A stretch of 64,000 nucleotides of DNA, taken from an uncultured virus (IMG/VR IMGVR_UViG_3300028114_000011) (Duplodnaviria; Heunggongvirae; Uroviricota; Caudoviricetes). The DNA lies in IMG/VR virus record IMGVR_UViG_3300028114_000011, positions 1 through 64,000 of that record, one strand, 5' to 3'. This document shows, in pieces, positions 46,692 to 56,735 of this stretch. Each line of letters begins with the position of its first letter. Positions within the stretch are counted from its first letter, which is position 1. Below the pieces are notes generated by a model. That model had not been told where the DNA came from. It searched no databases and was given only the letters and a program-made list of their open reading frames with translations. The translations under genes and the position numbers were made by a program.

Positions 46692-46901
46692 TTAACAATT
46701 TACTTCTTGAAATGTTTCACAACCGTTATCATCAATAGCCTTTATAACTAATGAACTCGCACCACTGTAATATGCACTTAAAACATAAGTACCAAGTGAA
46801 GTACCAAGAAGTGAGCAGTTGTTACCATTTTGGTCACAAACATAATAATCAATTGGAGGCGTTCCTCCTGTTAAACCCGTTATGTCTATAGAATAAGGCA
46901 T
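46692..46901 (-). CDS. Small Cys-containing structural-module protein (paralog 3)
   Basis: GGTPPIDYYVCD...IKAIDDNGC. Confidence 0.65.
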   Translation of the reverse strand: MPYSIDITGLTGGTPPIDYYVCDQNGNNCSLLGTSLGTYVLSAYYSGASSLVIKAIDDNGCETFQEVNC

Positions 46902-49208
46902 CTACGTGTTACAGGTTACATCATACTCTATTGTTAATTCCAATGTAAAATTGGCATCTGATAATGGGTCAAAATCACCTTCACAATTTGATTCAATATG
47001 TATTGTATTATCAGTTAAACTTATTGTGTAAAGACTAATATCTGTAATACCACTTAAGACACCCTCTATTGTTGATTGCCATAATGTGTCTTGTGGAACG
47101 TCGTTTAATGTTGTGGCAGTATAGAATGGTTGTGTGAAACCTGAACCATTTATATCTAACTCAAGTATGAATTCTGCAGTATTTAAACTACAACCCGTAT
47201 ATCCACTTGTAACGTCAATATAACCTTCATTTAACATTTCTAAAAAGCCTCTTTTTGCGCCAACTGTTGTTGTAAACACATCATTACATAATGAAACGAC
47301 AGAATAAGTTGTCACGTTATTTCCTGAACACGTAATTGTAAAATTGTGAGTTTGTGAACAACCACTACTATCCACAACTTCAACTGAGTAAGTGCCGGCA
47401 GTTAATCCTGAAATTGTGGAACCTGTTTGTCCTGATGGTATGTTGTCAGACCAATCATAAGTAAATGTTGGTTCGCCATCGTAAATTAAAACTTCGGCAG
47501 TGCCATTTTGACCATTATAACATTGTGTTGTAGAAATTGCTGAAATTAAACTACCTCCTGTTGAAATGGTTATTGATTCTCTTATTTCGCAACCTTCTCC
47601 ATCGACTATTGTTAATATATAACTTCCAGCCGTTAAGTTATTAAATGTATATGCCGTTGCAGATGTATCAATCACTGACTGACCATCACTTAAGATGTAA
47701 TCTAATGGTAAAGTATAACCTGTACTAACTTCAATATATAGTACACCATCAGTTTGCGAACAAGTTGAACCAGTTGTTAATGTTGTTGCACTAAACTTAT
47801 CCGTTGAAGAAACTGTAAATGTTGTTGTATACTCACAATTAGTTCCTGTTGCCGATATTGTTAAGTCATAAGTATCGTTAGTCAAACCTGAAAATGAACT
47901 TGTTAAACTTTGTGTTGTATTTGTATAAACTTGCCCATTGGTTTGTCCTGATAAACTGTAAGTATAAAAGTTGTTTGACCCTTGTAATGAAATTGAAACT
48001 GAACCTAGTTGTTGACTACAATTCGAATTTGATACTTGTGTATCAACAACAAAAAATGAGTTAGTAGCATTTATAAATGCACTTATAGTTTCCTTACAAA
48101 AATTACCATCAGTAATTTCTAAATTGTAATTACCGCTTGATAAACCTGAAAGTGTTAGTGTATTACTAAGTGTATATCCAACTTGTGAAGTACTTGCCGA
48201 ATAGTAATATGGAACACTACCACCTGTAATTGTGAAAGTTATACTCCCATCTGATGAAAAACAACTTGGATTGTTTGATGTGACAATACCTAAACCTAAT
48301 GGTTCGGCTTGACCTATGGTTTCACTTTTAGTGGTACTACACCCATTTGAGTCTGTAACGGTACAACTATATGTGCCTATTGTTAGACCAGTAATTGTTT
48401 GACCGGTTTCACCATTACTCCAAAGATATGTATATGGTGCGGTTCCTGTTACGCCAGTGACTGAAAGTTTGCCTTGATTTATCACACAAGTCGACGCATC
48501 TACTTTCCAAAATCCAAAGTCTAATGCAGTACTTGCAGAAATAATAGCATTCGCAGTTGTGGCGGTTGACAACCCGTAATCAACAACTTCAACAAAATAA
48601 GTATCCGCAGATAAATTTGTGAACGTATAGGGAAAAAGTGTAGTATTTTGTGATTGTATTGTACCACCACTTGTCTTTAAAAACAAAACATAAGGTGATG
48701 ATTGTGAATTTGCACTTACAGTTAAAGTACCATCGTTTGAGCCACAAAAAGTTCCTGTGACTTCAATAATATCTGTGTAGAAACAACCAGTGATTATTAC
48801 ATTAACATATAATTCATTATTTTCATACCCCAATGAATCATTTAATCTAAATACATAAGTGTCCGCAGTTAACCCTGTAAAGGTTATTGGACTTGAGGAT
48901 GTTTGAGCGGTAATCCCTCCTGGTATGACATTATCAATAGTGTATGGTGGTATTCCTCCAAAGGGTGAAAATGTAACCGAACCTGTTGGGTCTGAACAAG
49001 TTCCTGTTACCGAAAATGATAATCCAATTGGTTGTTCTTCGCAAGTTGGGTCGCAAGAACTATCCTCATCAATATATATACCATATGACGACCCAGAGTA
49101 TACGCCATCTACACAAATACTTTCACCTAAAGATGCCCCTGTTCTGGTGACACCACAACAGTCAATATAATAATATACACCATCCGTTAATCCTGTATAA
49201 CAAGCCAT
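46902..49208 (-). CDS. Multi-SprB-repeat structural protein
   Basis: Repeated GTAPYTYLWSNG...ITGLTIGTYSCTVTDSNGC-type units. Confidence 0.75.
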   Translation of the reverse strand: MACYTGLTDGVYYYIDCCGVTRTGASLGESICVDGVYSGSSYGIYIDEDSSCDPTCEEQPIGLSFSVTGTCSDPTGSVTFSPFGGIPPYTIDNVIPGGITAQTSSSPITFTGLTADTYVFRLNDSLGYENNELYVNVIITGCFYTDIIEVTGTFCGSNDGTLTVSANSQSSPYVLFLKTSGGTIQSQNTTLFPYTFTNLSADTYFVEVVDYGLSTATTANAIISASTALDFGFWKVDASTCVINQGKLSVTGVTGTAPYTYLWSNGETGQTITGLTIGTYSCTVTDSNGCSTTKSETIGQAEPLGLGIVTSNNPSCFSSDGSITFTITGGSVPYYYSASTSQVGYTLSNTLTLSGLSSGNYNLEITDGNFCKETISAFINATNSFFVVDTQVSNSNCSQQLGSVSISLQGSNNFYTYSLSGQTNGQVYTNTTQSLTSSFSGLTNDTYDLTISATGTNCEYTTTFTVSSTDKFSATTLTTGSTCSQTDGVLYIEVSTGYTLPLDYILSDGQSVIDTSATAYTFNNLTAGSYILTIVDGEGCEIRESITISTGGSLISAISTTQCYNGQNGTAEVLIYDGEPTFTYDWSDNIPSGQTGSTISGLTAGTYSVEVVDSSGCSQTHNFTITCSGNNVTTYSVVSLCNDVFTTTVGAKRGFLEMLNEGYIDVTSGYTGCSLNTAEFILELDINGSGFTQPFYTATTLNDVPQDTLWQSTIEGVLSGITDISLYTISLTDNTIHIESNCEGDFDPLSDANFTLELTIEYDVTCNT

Positions 49209-52156
49209 TAATTACAATTTATACTAGCGTTTATACCTATATTTAAGTAGAGTTTTTTGTTTGTGAAGTCATCATAACAAGTTGAGTTACTAATTATTAA
49301 AGTTTTACCTGCAAAATAGTAGTTCAAACCTTGGTTATACAACCCTACTAATTTGTTATCGATTTCCGTTATAATTTGAGCAACTGTAGGAACGTCATAG
49401 AACCCATACCCCGTATAGAATTGTTCTTGTACTAATATTGTATTATCCAATCTACAATCAACAAACCATTCCGAAACTATACTAGTTAAATCACAATTCG
49501 CCTGTGTATATCCACTTTGAGCGACAACTGCACTCAACACTTGAGTTAAATATGTTTGAGGGCTTTGGAAATTCAATTCACAAGATAGGGTTTGGTCAAT
49601 ACAATCATAACCAAATAACTGACCGTCGAATGTACAAGGTACACATTCAACTTGAATAAATTGGCATCCTCTTTGTCTTCTCCATACAAACTTTTGTCTA
49701 TGGAAAATTGAATTCTCCATTTTTTGACCCGTTAACCAAAGAGTTGTTGCTGGAACCAATTGTTCCAATAATCTTTGCCAATAATCACCAATACCTAAAG
49801 TATAATCAATCATTTTTTGATATGTGAATTGATTAGAAGGTATACCTACGGTTTGTTGTGACTGAAGATATTTCCAATATATTGATTGGAGTGTTGGATA
49901 TCCCCCTGTTTTACCATCAAAAATAGTTTGTCTATTACGAACATTAATCATATTCATAAAGAATGATTGTGCAAACTCAAAGAAAGTTTTTTGTTTTGGT
50001 TTTGGATTAACAAATGTCCAATCAATTGCACCAGGATATGGGTAAGGTGATGTAAGACCTGAGTTTGGAATTGGGTAGTCATATTTAACACACATATCCC
50101 AAACGTCATAAACTAACCCTTGACCCATATTAATGTTTAGTTCAATATTTTTAGAGTTAATAATTTGCTTATCACTCGTTACTGTATAATCAACTCCATT
50201 AAAATTTGAGTCGTTTTTTCTATTACCAATATCATCAACTGACCAAGACTTTTGATTATCAAATATTTTTGTAATAGTATAACCTTCATTTAGATATGGA
50301 AACTTTGTAAATCGGTTTAAGTATTCTTGACCGTATGAAGGTGCTTGTAACTTTGTTAGAACACTAGGAACATTTTGATTAAGTTGTGAATTTTCTAAAT
50401 CAACAACTTGAGGTGCCCTATGTTTAGGACTTGACTCAAACCAACCTGAACCTTTTTGATAAAAATAATCATCAGTTTGTTGAGGAGCTTTTGGGTATCC
50501 GTCGTCAGATATGCCGTAGTCATTTAAAGTTGTTGTTACCGTTTCGACTCTTCCATCAGTAGTAAAACCTGTATAAGTAACACCATGCACCGAAAAAGTA
50601 TTTGTTGGGTCTAATGCCGGTCTTTCAACATATACTGTCCCACCACTAATTTTAGCATAGTTTTCTTTAAATTGCTCAACATTAATTTTAGAATCCACTA
50701 AATAAACAACCTCGTTAAATTCTGTAATTGCTTCAGGTGCCCCAATAAGTCTCATTATGTATTCTAAAGAATTTCTTGTACCTTTAGATTTGAACATATA
50801 GGCAGAATTTAAAATTACGTTTCTATAATATTGATAATTTAACTCTGATGGTGTTTGGTCTTGAGCCTGACCTGTATAAATTTGTTCAGAACTTGTACTA
50901 AATACTGCCTCTAATAATTGGTCATTATTAATCGGTGATATGTTGGTATTTACTCCGAGTGTTTGCGCTAAATTGACCAAAAGTTGTGATGGTATATCAT
51001 TTCCAACTTTATAATTAACGGAGTTCATATTAGCCAATGCGTCAATAAACTTTTTAACCTCATCAAAACTTCTACCGTAAATTTGTAGAATTTTTTCCAT
51101 TTTTTGGTCTTGGGTGTCAAAGTCTTTAAATGCCCCTGTTGTTAAAAATCTAGATATTAAATTTGTTTTATATTCATCTAAATTTAATGATATATTACTT
51201 AACTTATCTAAGTAATTGTCAAAATTTGATGATACTATATCTAAATTCCAAGTCCCATCTAAAAACCAAGTAACACTTTCAATTTTTAAAGTAAAATCAC
51301 CATTAGAGTCATAGTAAGGATACTGAAAAGTTGATGTATATTTAGGTTGACTATTTCTATTTAAAATAAAATCCTCAACTTCATCAAATTCATCTTGAAA
51401 TATTTCTGCCGTTTTTTGTGTATTGGGTTTTATAATTAAATTATCAGTTGATGCGGTTACCCCTGAAAAAGGGTCTCCAATTACTGTCATCGTGATGGTA
51501 CCTGCAGTTAAAGTTGTTGAGGGTATAAAATCAACTAAAGGATATTCTGTAGTAACACTTGAAAAGTATAAACTAAAATCTTGATAATTGTTTGTTATAT
51601 CTCGGTATTTAGAAACTTTGATTGGTCTAACTTGTAAGTTTCTTCTTGCATTTGTAGAAAAATCAATGTCAAATGGATTTGTAATCCACGGAACATTAAC
51701 ATCAAAAGTTGTTAAATTTTCTATTGGGTCAAAAGTAATGTTAATAGCCGTATAACCCGTTGTTAATGACAATGTTTGGTTTCTTACATCAAGAGCCGCT
51801 GGATAATAACTAATTATTTTTGTTACAGATGCCGATAATCTTTTTTGTAGTGAACCATACAAGGTAAAACTTGTGACTTGTGAAATATCAAAATTTGGAT
51901 AAACTGAAAAATTCTTTTGTATTATTTTTTTGGTTTGCTCAATATCTTCAATATTAAGATTTTCCAAATTATAAAGTTGTGAAAATACACCTAAATCAAA
52001 ATTTCTGTTTACCTTTTCATAAATGGCAGTTGTAAATTCAAAATTTCCTTGTGTTAAACCACCACCAGTAACCAACTGAAATCCAACAATATTGTTAAAA
52101 GCAGTAGAACTACCTACAGGGGGAGCCGGTGGATATCTAAAAATTTGTTTTGCCAT
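49208..52156 (-). CDS. Baseplate wedge-like protein (gp7/gpI-type motif)
   Basis: LAQTLG...YMFKSKGTRNSLEYIMRLIG; position in the baseplate module. Confidence 0.65.
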   Translation of the reverse strand: MAKQIFRYPPAPPVGSSTAFNNIVGFQLVTGGGLTQGNFEFTTAIYEKVNRNFDLGVFSQLYNLENLNIEDIEQTKKIIQKNFSVYPNFDISQVTSFTLYGSLQKRLSASVTKIISYYPAALDVRNQTLSLTTGYTAINITFDPIENLTTFDVNVPWITNPFDIDFSTNARRNLQVRPIKVSKYRDITNNYQDFSLYFSSVTTEYPLVDFIPSTTLTAGTITMTVIGDPFSGVTASTDNLIIKPNTQKTAEIFQDEFDEVEDFILNRNSQPKYTSTFQYPYYDSNGDFTLKIESVTWFLDGTWNLDIVSSNFDNYLDKLSNISLNLDEYKTNLISRFLTTGAFKDFDTQDQKMEKILQIYGRSFDEVKKFIDALANMNSVNYKVGNDIPSQLLVNLAQTLGVNTNISPINNDQLLEAVFSTSSEQIYTGQAQDQTPSELNYQYYRNVILNSAYMFKSKGTRNSLEYIMRLIGAPEAITEFNEVVYLVDSKINVEQFKENYAKISGGTVYVERPALDPTNTFSVHGVTYTGFTTDGRVETVTTTLNDYGISDDGYPKAPQQTDDYFYQKGSGWFESSPKHRAPQVVDLENSQLNQNVPSVLTKLQAPSYGQEYLNRFTKFPYLNEGYTITKIFDNQKSWSVDDIGNRKNDSNFNGVDYTVTSDKQIINSKNIELNINMGQGLVYDVWDMCVKYDYPIPNSGLTSPYPYPGAIDWTFVNPKPKQKTFFEFAQSFFMNMINVRNRQTIFDGKTGGYPTLQSIYWKYLQSQQTVGIPSNQFTYQKMIDYTLGIGDYWQRLLEQLVPATTLWLTGQKMENSIFHRQKFVWRRQRGCQFIQVECVPCTFDGQLFGYDCIDQTLSCELNFQSPQTYLTQVLSAVVAQSGYTQANCDLTSIVSEWFVDCRLDNTILVQEQFYTGYGFYDVPTVAQIITEIDNKLVGLYNQGLNYYFAGKTLIISNSTCYDDFTNKKLYLNIGINASINCN

Positions 52157-53064
52157 TATTCAACTATGTTCGTAAAGTTTTTACTATAATCAATGTTATT
52201 ATTTCTATCTTGTCTAACTTCATAAAGAAGCTCATTGAATGTATCTCTAATTTCAAACAAGTTGTATTGTTTGTAGATGTTGCCAGCACTATCGTAAAGA
52301 GTGTAAATACCATCTTCAATACTTTTAGTTTGGTTCCCATAAAGAGCAATTGCCAACGTATCAATATCGTATTCAGCCATTTGAATATCGATAGTTATCG
52401 GATTGAAAAATGTATTAGTTATTATAATGTTTTGATTTGGTTGTCCAATAAATGGTATTGCGTTTGGTTTATTAGACGGTGATGAAGACGGTGAAACAGT
52501 ACAAAAAATTAAATCTGTTGGGTTATCAACATATCTATATCTTATGGCCTTTTGTGATGTATTAACTTGTTCTGTCACCACGGGTTCACAATAAAATGAT
52601 GAGGTTACTATTCTATAAAAATTTGGGATTTTGGTGCCGTCAGAATTTAAATACTCAATTCTAAACCCAACGAGTCCTTGGTTAACAAACTTGTTTCTAT
52701 ACTGTGAAGGAACACTGTTAATATCAATAATGATACCTTTAACGTTTGGTAGTGCAGATAGAACACCACAATCGGTAATTGTTGTTCTAATTTCTGCAGG
52801 TCTTATCATTAAAGTATATATTCCTAATCTACTAAACTCTGTTGCCGGTAGTTTAAGATTGTATAATCCTCCTAATATTTCTACATTATTGTTTCCACCA
52901 GTGTCGGAATTATGGAAGTATGGTGTTAAAATATTTGCAGCATTTAATTTTTTCAATAAAAAATTATCTGTCACATCTCGTGAAGGTGTATAGTGAAGAA
53001 TGATTTCAACATCTTCAGGTGATACGTCAGCGGGTCTAGTTATGCCGTATGTGCCAAGTGCCAT
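52156..53064 (-). CDS. Putative structural protein
   Basis: 302-aa ORF in the tail module; TATTTAT upstream. Confidence 0.6.
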   Translation of the reverse strand: MALGTYGITRPADVSPEDVEIILHYTPSRDVTDNFLLKKLNAANILTPYFHNSDTGGNNNVEILGGLYNLKLPATEFSRLGIYTLMIRPAEIRTTITDCGVLSALPNVKGIIIDINSVPSQYRNKFVNQGLVGFRIEYLNSDGTKIPNFYRIVTSSFYCEPVVTEQVNTSQKAIRYRYVDNPTDLIFCTVSPSSSPSNKPNAIPFIGQPNQNIIITNTFFNPITIDIQMAEYDIDTLAIALYGNQTKSIEDGIYTLYDSAGNIYKQYNLFEIRDTFNELLYEVRQDRNNNIDYSKNFTNIVE

Positions 53065-53096
53065 TTTTTTATTTTATAAATAGTTTATGTAATTTT

Positions 53097-54185
53097 TTAT
53101 GTTTGATTAATTTTATAATATCCGTATCCATACCTAACCATATCACCTATATTATCAACTTCATTTAATCTTTGTAAAGGTTCAAAGGCACTATACTTAC
53201 CTCTTTCAATGTAAACATCACTTTGAACTTCGGGGTCCATAACAAAGTCTAATAGATATTCATTTTTTGTTATTGCCGAAAATAAAAGGTCGTTTTGGGT
53301 AAATCCTGAACTTTGAAGTAGGTATAATGTTTGCCCATTTGGAAAATCGTAATACGTAATGTCATTAATTGTGTATGAGGTATACCCTGAAGTTATTGAA
53401 TTTATTTGACCGTATGGGACTCCATTTTTTATAAAAGTATATCCAACAGTATATGGGTTAGGTCCCCATCTTTTTACGTCAGTTAATTTAGATTTAGTGA
53501 ACCCCGATACAGGAAAAGGTACTGTCGTATAAGAACTTGATATTTGTGACGCTACGTTGTTTTGTGAATCACCTGTTGCAATAAAATCATAACTAACAGG
53601 TATTCCTGACCAAATACCACCTTGTGGTGTAAAAGTAAAATTACCTTGTAAATTGGAAATGGTCACACCCGTCAAAGGGACAGTAATTGGTTTTTGAATA
53701 ACCGTCATTCCAAATGTGTTTTGACCTGAAAAGGTTATAGTATAATCACCAGGTGTTGTCGGATATAAATGATTTAGTGGTTGGTTTGAAACTTGTTGTG
53801 TTGGGCTACCGTCCCCCCAATCAACAAAGTAATTTGAAAGACTTATAAAAGATATTTCAATATCCCCCGATGTGTTATAGAAATATACATCATACGGACT
53901 TAAAGTATTTGCAGAAAAAACAAAGTTTGCTAATACATCTTTTTGTAATAATAATCCGTCAAATTCACTATAAAATCCAATGTCATTCATTGTTTGGGTT
54001 AACATTATAGGAATTGTTAACCCTGTAAGTAAAGAAGTTCCACCTGTACCACCACTTAAAATATAAGACATACCAGAATAGACACCAAACGTTTCAAGTC
54101 CTGTGTCACCACTATAAGTTTCTGTAAAAATATCTGATAAGATATTTTCAGGAGAAACAACTATTGAATATTTTTCAGCCTCCAT
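53097..54185 (-). CDS. Putative structural protein with PKD-like motif
   Basis: VDWGDG...HLY....GDYTITF. Confidence 0.6.
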   Translation of the reverse strand: MEAEKYSIVVSPENILSDIFTETYSGDTGLETFGVYSGMSYILSGGTGGTSLLTGLTIPIMLTQTMNDIGFYSEFDGLLLQKDVLANFVFSANTLSPYDVYFYNTSGDIEISFISLSNYFVDWGDGSPTQQVSNQPLNHLYPTTPGDYTITFSGQNTFGMTVIQKPITVPLTGVTISNLQGNFTFTPQGGIWSGIPVSYDFIATGDSQNNVASQISSSYTTVPFPVSGFTKSKLTDVKRWGPNPYTVGYTFIKNGVPYGQINSITSGYTSYTINDITYYDFPNGQTLYLLQSSGFTQNDLLFSAITKNEYLLDFVMDPEVQSDVYIERGKYSAFEPLQRLNEVDNIGDMVRYGYGYYKINQT

Positions 54186-55036
54186 TATGGGTTTCCGTAT
54201 TCATACCATTTTATGACATTAGTCGTATCACCAACTCTTAATAATGTTGGTGCTTGGTTTTGTTGTGGAATTTCTTTATAAACTTGGTATTCATAATTTG
54301 TAAAATCTAACTCCACTTTGTAGTAAAAGTATTGGGATTTATTAAAGTTAAATTCATTTCCTGCAGAAAATGTAGATTGTGGTTCATTCATAAATCTAAC
54401 AAACTGACCGGTTTTTGCGTTAAAAAACTTTGCAGTCATATAAAATTCTGTAATATTAATAAAATCTCTTTCTTTTAACCAATAGATAAAAAACCCCTCT
54501 TTATCAGCCCCTGTGTAATCTAACTTAAACTTTGGTTTTTTAACATTTACTTGGGTTTGATTATTTAAAGGACCTAAAAACCCAACTCTTGTTTGTCCTT
54601 GTTGTGTTGGAATTACAACACTAAAATATGCTTTTTGATTTTCATTTGTTTTTGTATCATAAAAATCTAATTTGAAAAAACTACCTTTAAAAGAGTTTAC
54701 AAAATAATATAATTCAGGGTCTGTAAATGTTGCATTTGCATAATCAACGGACCAATCACTTGAAGTTGCTGAGGTAACTTGTACGGTTGAATCTAAAAAA
54801 TAAAACTCATAGTTTATATCAGTTTTATCGGGTGTTTGTAAGTAAGATGTATTTGCAAATCTTGTAGTTTCAAAATCATCAATACCATTTATCAAATCTT
54901 GTAATATATCTTTTTCAAATTCAACTATACCATCATTTCTTCCTGCCATATCAAAACTTATTTCAACAGGAATATTAAAAAATGTGTCTTCCGGTGTTAC
55001 ACTAAATCTATAGTAGTTATTATTCACAATCGTCAT
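54185..55036 (-). CDS. Putative structural protein
   Basis: 283-aa ORF in the tail module. Confidence 0.6.
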   Translation of the reverse strand: MTIVNNNYYRFSVTPEDTFFNIPVEISFDMAGRNDGIVEFEKDILQDLINGIDDFETTRFANTSYLQTPDKTDINYEFYFLDSTVQVTSATSSDWSVDYANATFTDPELYYFVNSFKGSFFKLDFYDTKTNENQKAYFSVVIPTQQGQTRVGFLGPLNNQTQVNVKKPKFKLDYTGADKEGFFIYWLKERDFINITEFYMTAKFFNAKTGQFVRFMNEPQSTFSAGNEFNFNKSQYFYYKVELDFTNYEYQVYKEIPQQNQAPTLLRVGDTTNVIKWYEYGNP

Positions 55037-56735
55037 TTATTATCTGTTGATATTCATTAGAGAATGTATTGTTGTTTCTTAGTATTGGGTACTGTAAAAA
55101 TATGCAGTTTAAAAATGGGTAATGGGAACCATTTATAAATGGATTATTAACACCAATACCATCACTATCAATAAACCCATAGGTGTATAAATCCCTCCAA
55201 AACCATTTATTATTGTATTGACTAAACCAAGAATATCCAGGTATTCCTACTACAGATTTTTTATCACCATTTTCAATATAATCACTAAACGCTCTAATTG
55301 GTATAGAATAGTGTGGATTATACAAGTAACCATCAGGATAGTTTTGATTACCTGTTGTTAAAAACAATATGTCATTAAATGAGTACTTATGAACCATTCT
55401 TGATAAAACATATTCTTTTTGTTCTATATAGTTGTACTCACAAAAATCCCCTGAAATAACATCACCCTGATTTAATATATCGTTATAATAAAAAGTTTGA
55501 CCGTTATATAAATAAGAAGAAGTGGGAATGTTATCTTTATTCAAACTACTACTGTGATTCCACCACGTATCTATTGAGTTTTCTAAAAAGTTAAAGTTCC
55601 AACCAATATCAATACCACTTGGTATACTATTTTGATTTGGGAATGGTTTATTAAACCACCCCATATAACCTCGGTTAATAATGGTAAAAAACAATTCGGT
55701 GATTGGTTTTCCATTATTGTCAATATACCCCCCAATTTTAACATCCTTATCAAATGTGAATGAAAAACTTTGTGAATTATTTTTTACCGAAACTCTTTGT
55801 ACTTGGTTTGGTGTAAGTGCTGAGTATTCTAATTTTTTATCAATTGCAAAAGGGTTATTTTCAAATCCAACTTTACCTACATTGCATTGCTCACTATTTT
55901 TTATTATTTTATGTAATCTTACATAATATATTGATTTTGTTTCCGCAGAGTTTGCAGGTTCAGTTATTCTTTTTAGGTTTCCGTAAATACCTGTCTGAAC
56001 ATCAATGGTAGGGTATTTTAAATCATAAATTGTAAAAACTTTTTCTTCTGAATTAATAGTACCATCACCCAAAGAATAAACTTGAAATACTGTTTTGTTA
56101 TTTATTGGTGTTGATAGTTCAACGTATTGACCCACTTGTAAGTTATGAATTGTACCACAATAAAAATATACAAGTTGTTTTCCATTAAATTTACCTGTTG
56201 TTAATACATAAGGTATTCCATCACCCGCCAAAAAACCACTATTAGTAACACCAAACTTTTCATCAGTATATGACATAGTTTGAGCCGTTGTACTTGAAAA
56301 TGCATAACTCATATAAAACGACCAATTATATGATGATGCACTTTTAGTGACAAACGGAATATGTCCAGTAATCCCACTAACTCTTACCATAGAAAACTCA
56401 TCAAATTGAGGATTTCCTTCCCAAAAGTTTGCGTTATTTGTTGCATTTGCAATAGCATTTGTATAATACAAATAATTTTTAAATGGGGTATATGAAGTTT
56501 TACCTGTTACTGTATTATCAAACACATTTGTGATTTTACCTGCAACTCTAAACTTATCACTTGATTGTCTTTCTTGGTCAAAAATATTTTGTTGGTTTAC
56601 AAGAATACTTCTATCCCCTTCAATTAACTCCCTTCTATCCCCAATTAAAGGTGGTTGTATCCAAACATCTCTGTCAACACTTCCGGCACTTCTTTCAGAC
56701 CCAAGTACAATTCTTATTTCACTTTCGTTAGACAT
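55020..56735 (-). CDS. Putative structural protein
   Basis: 571-aa ORF in the tail module. Confidence 0.6.
   Translation of the reverse strand: MSNESEIRIVLGSERSAGSVDRDVWIQPPLIGDRRELIEGDRSILVNQQNIFDQERQSSDKFRVAGKITNVFDNTVTGKTSYTPFKNYLYYTNAIANATNNANFWEGNPQFDEFSMVRVSGITGHIPFVTKSASSYNWSFYMSYAFSSTTAQTMSYTDEKFGVTNSGFLAGDGIPYVLTTGKFNGKQLVYFYCGTIHNLQVGQYVELSTPINNKTVFQVYSLGDGTINSEEKVFTIYDLKYPTIDVQTGIYGNLKRITEPANSAETKSIYYVRLHKIIKNSEQCNVGKVGFENNPFAIDKKLEYSALTPNQVQRVSVKNNSQSFSFTFDKDVKIGGYIDNNGKPITELFFTIINRGYMGWFNKPFPNQNSIPSGIDIGWNFNFLENSIDTWWNHSSSLNKDNIPTSSYLYNGQTFYYNDILNQGDVISGDFCEYNYIEQKEYVLSRMVHKYSFNDILFLTTGNQNYPDGYLYNPHYSIPIRAFSDYIENGDKKSVVGIPGYSWFSQYNNKWFWRDLYTYGFIDSDGIGVNNPFINGSHYPFLNCIFLQYPILRNNNTFSNEYQQIINDDCE

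Noticed and set aside
36117..49208. Diversity-generating retroelement acting on fibre genes
   Set aside because: No reverse transcriptase and no template/variable repeat pair differing at adenines seen in the window
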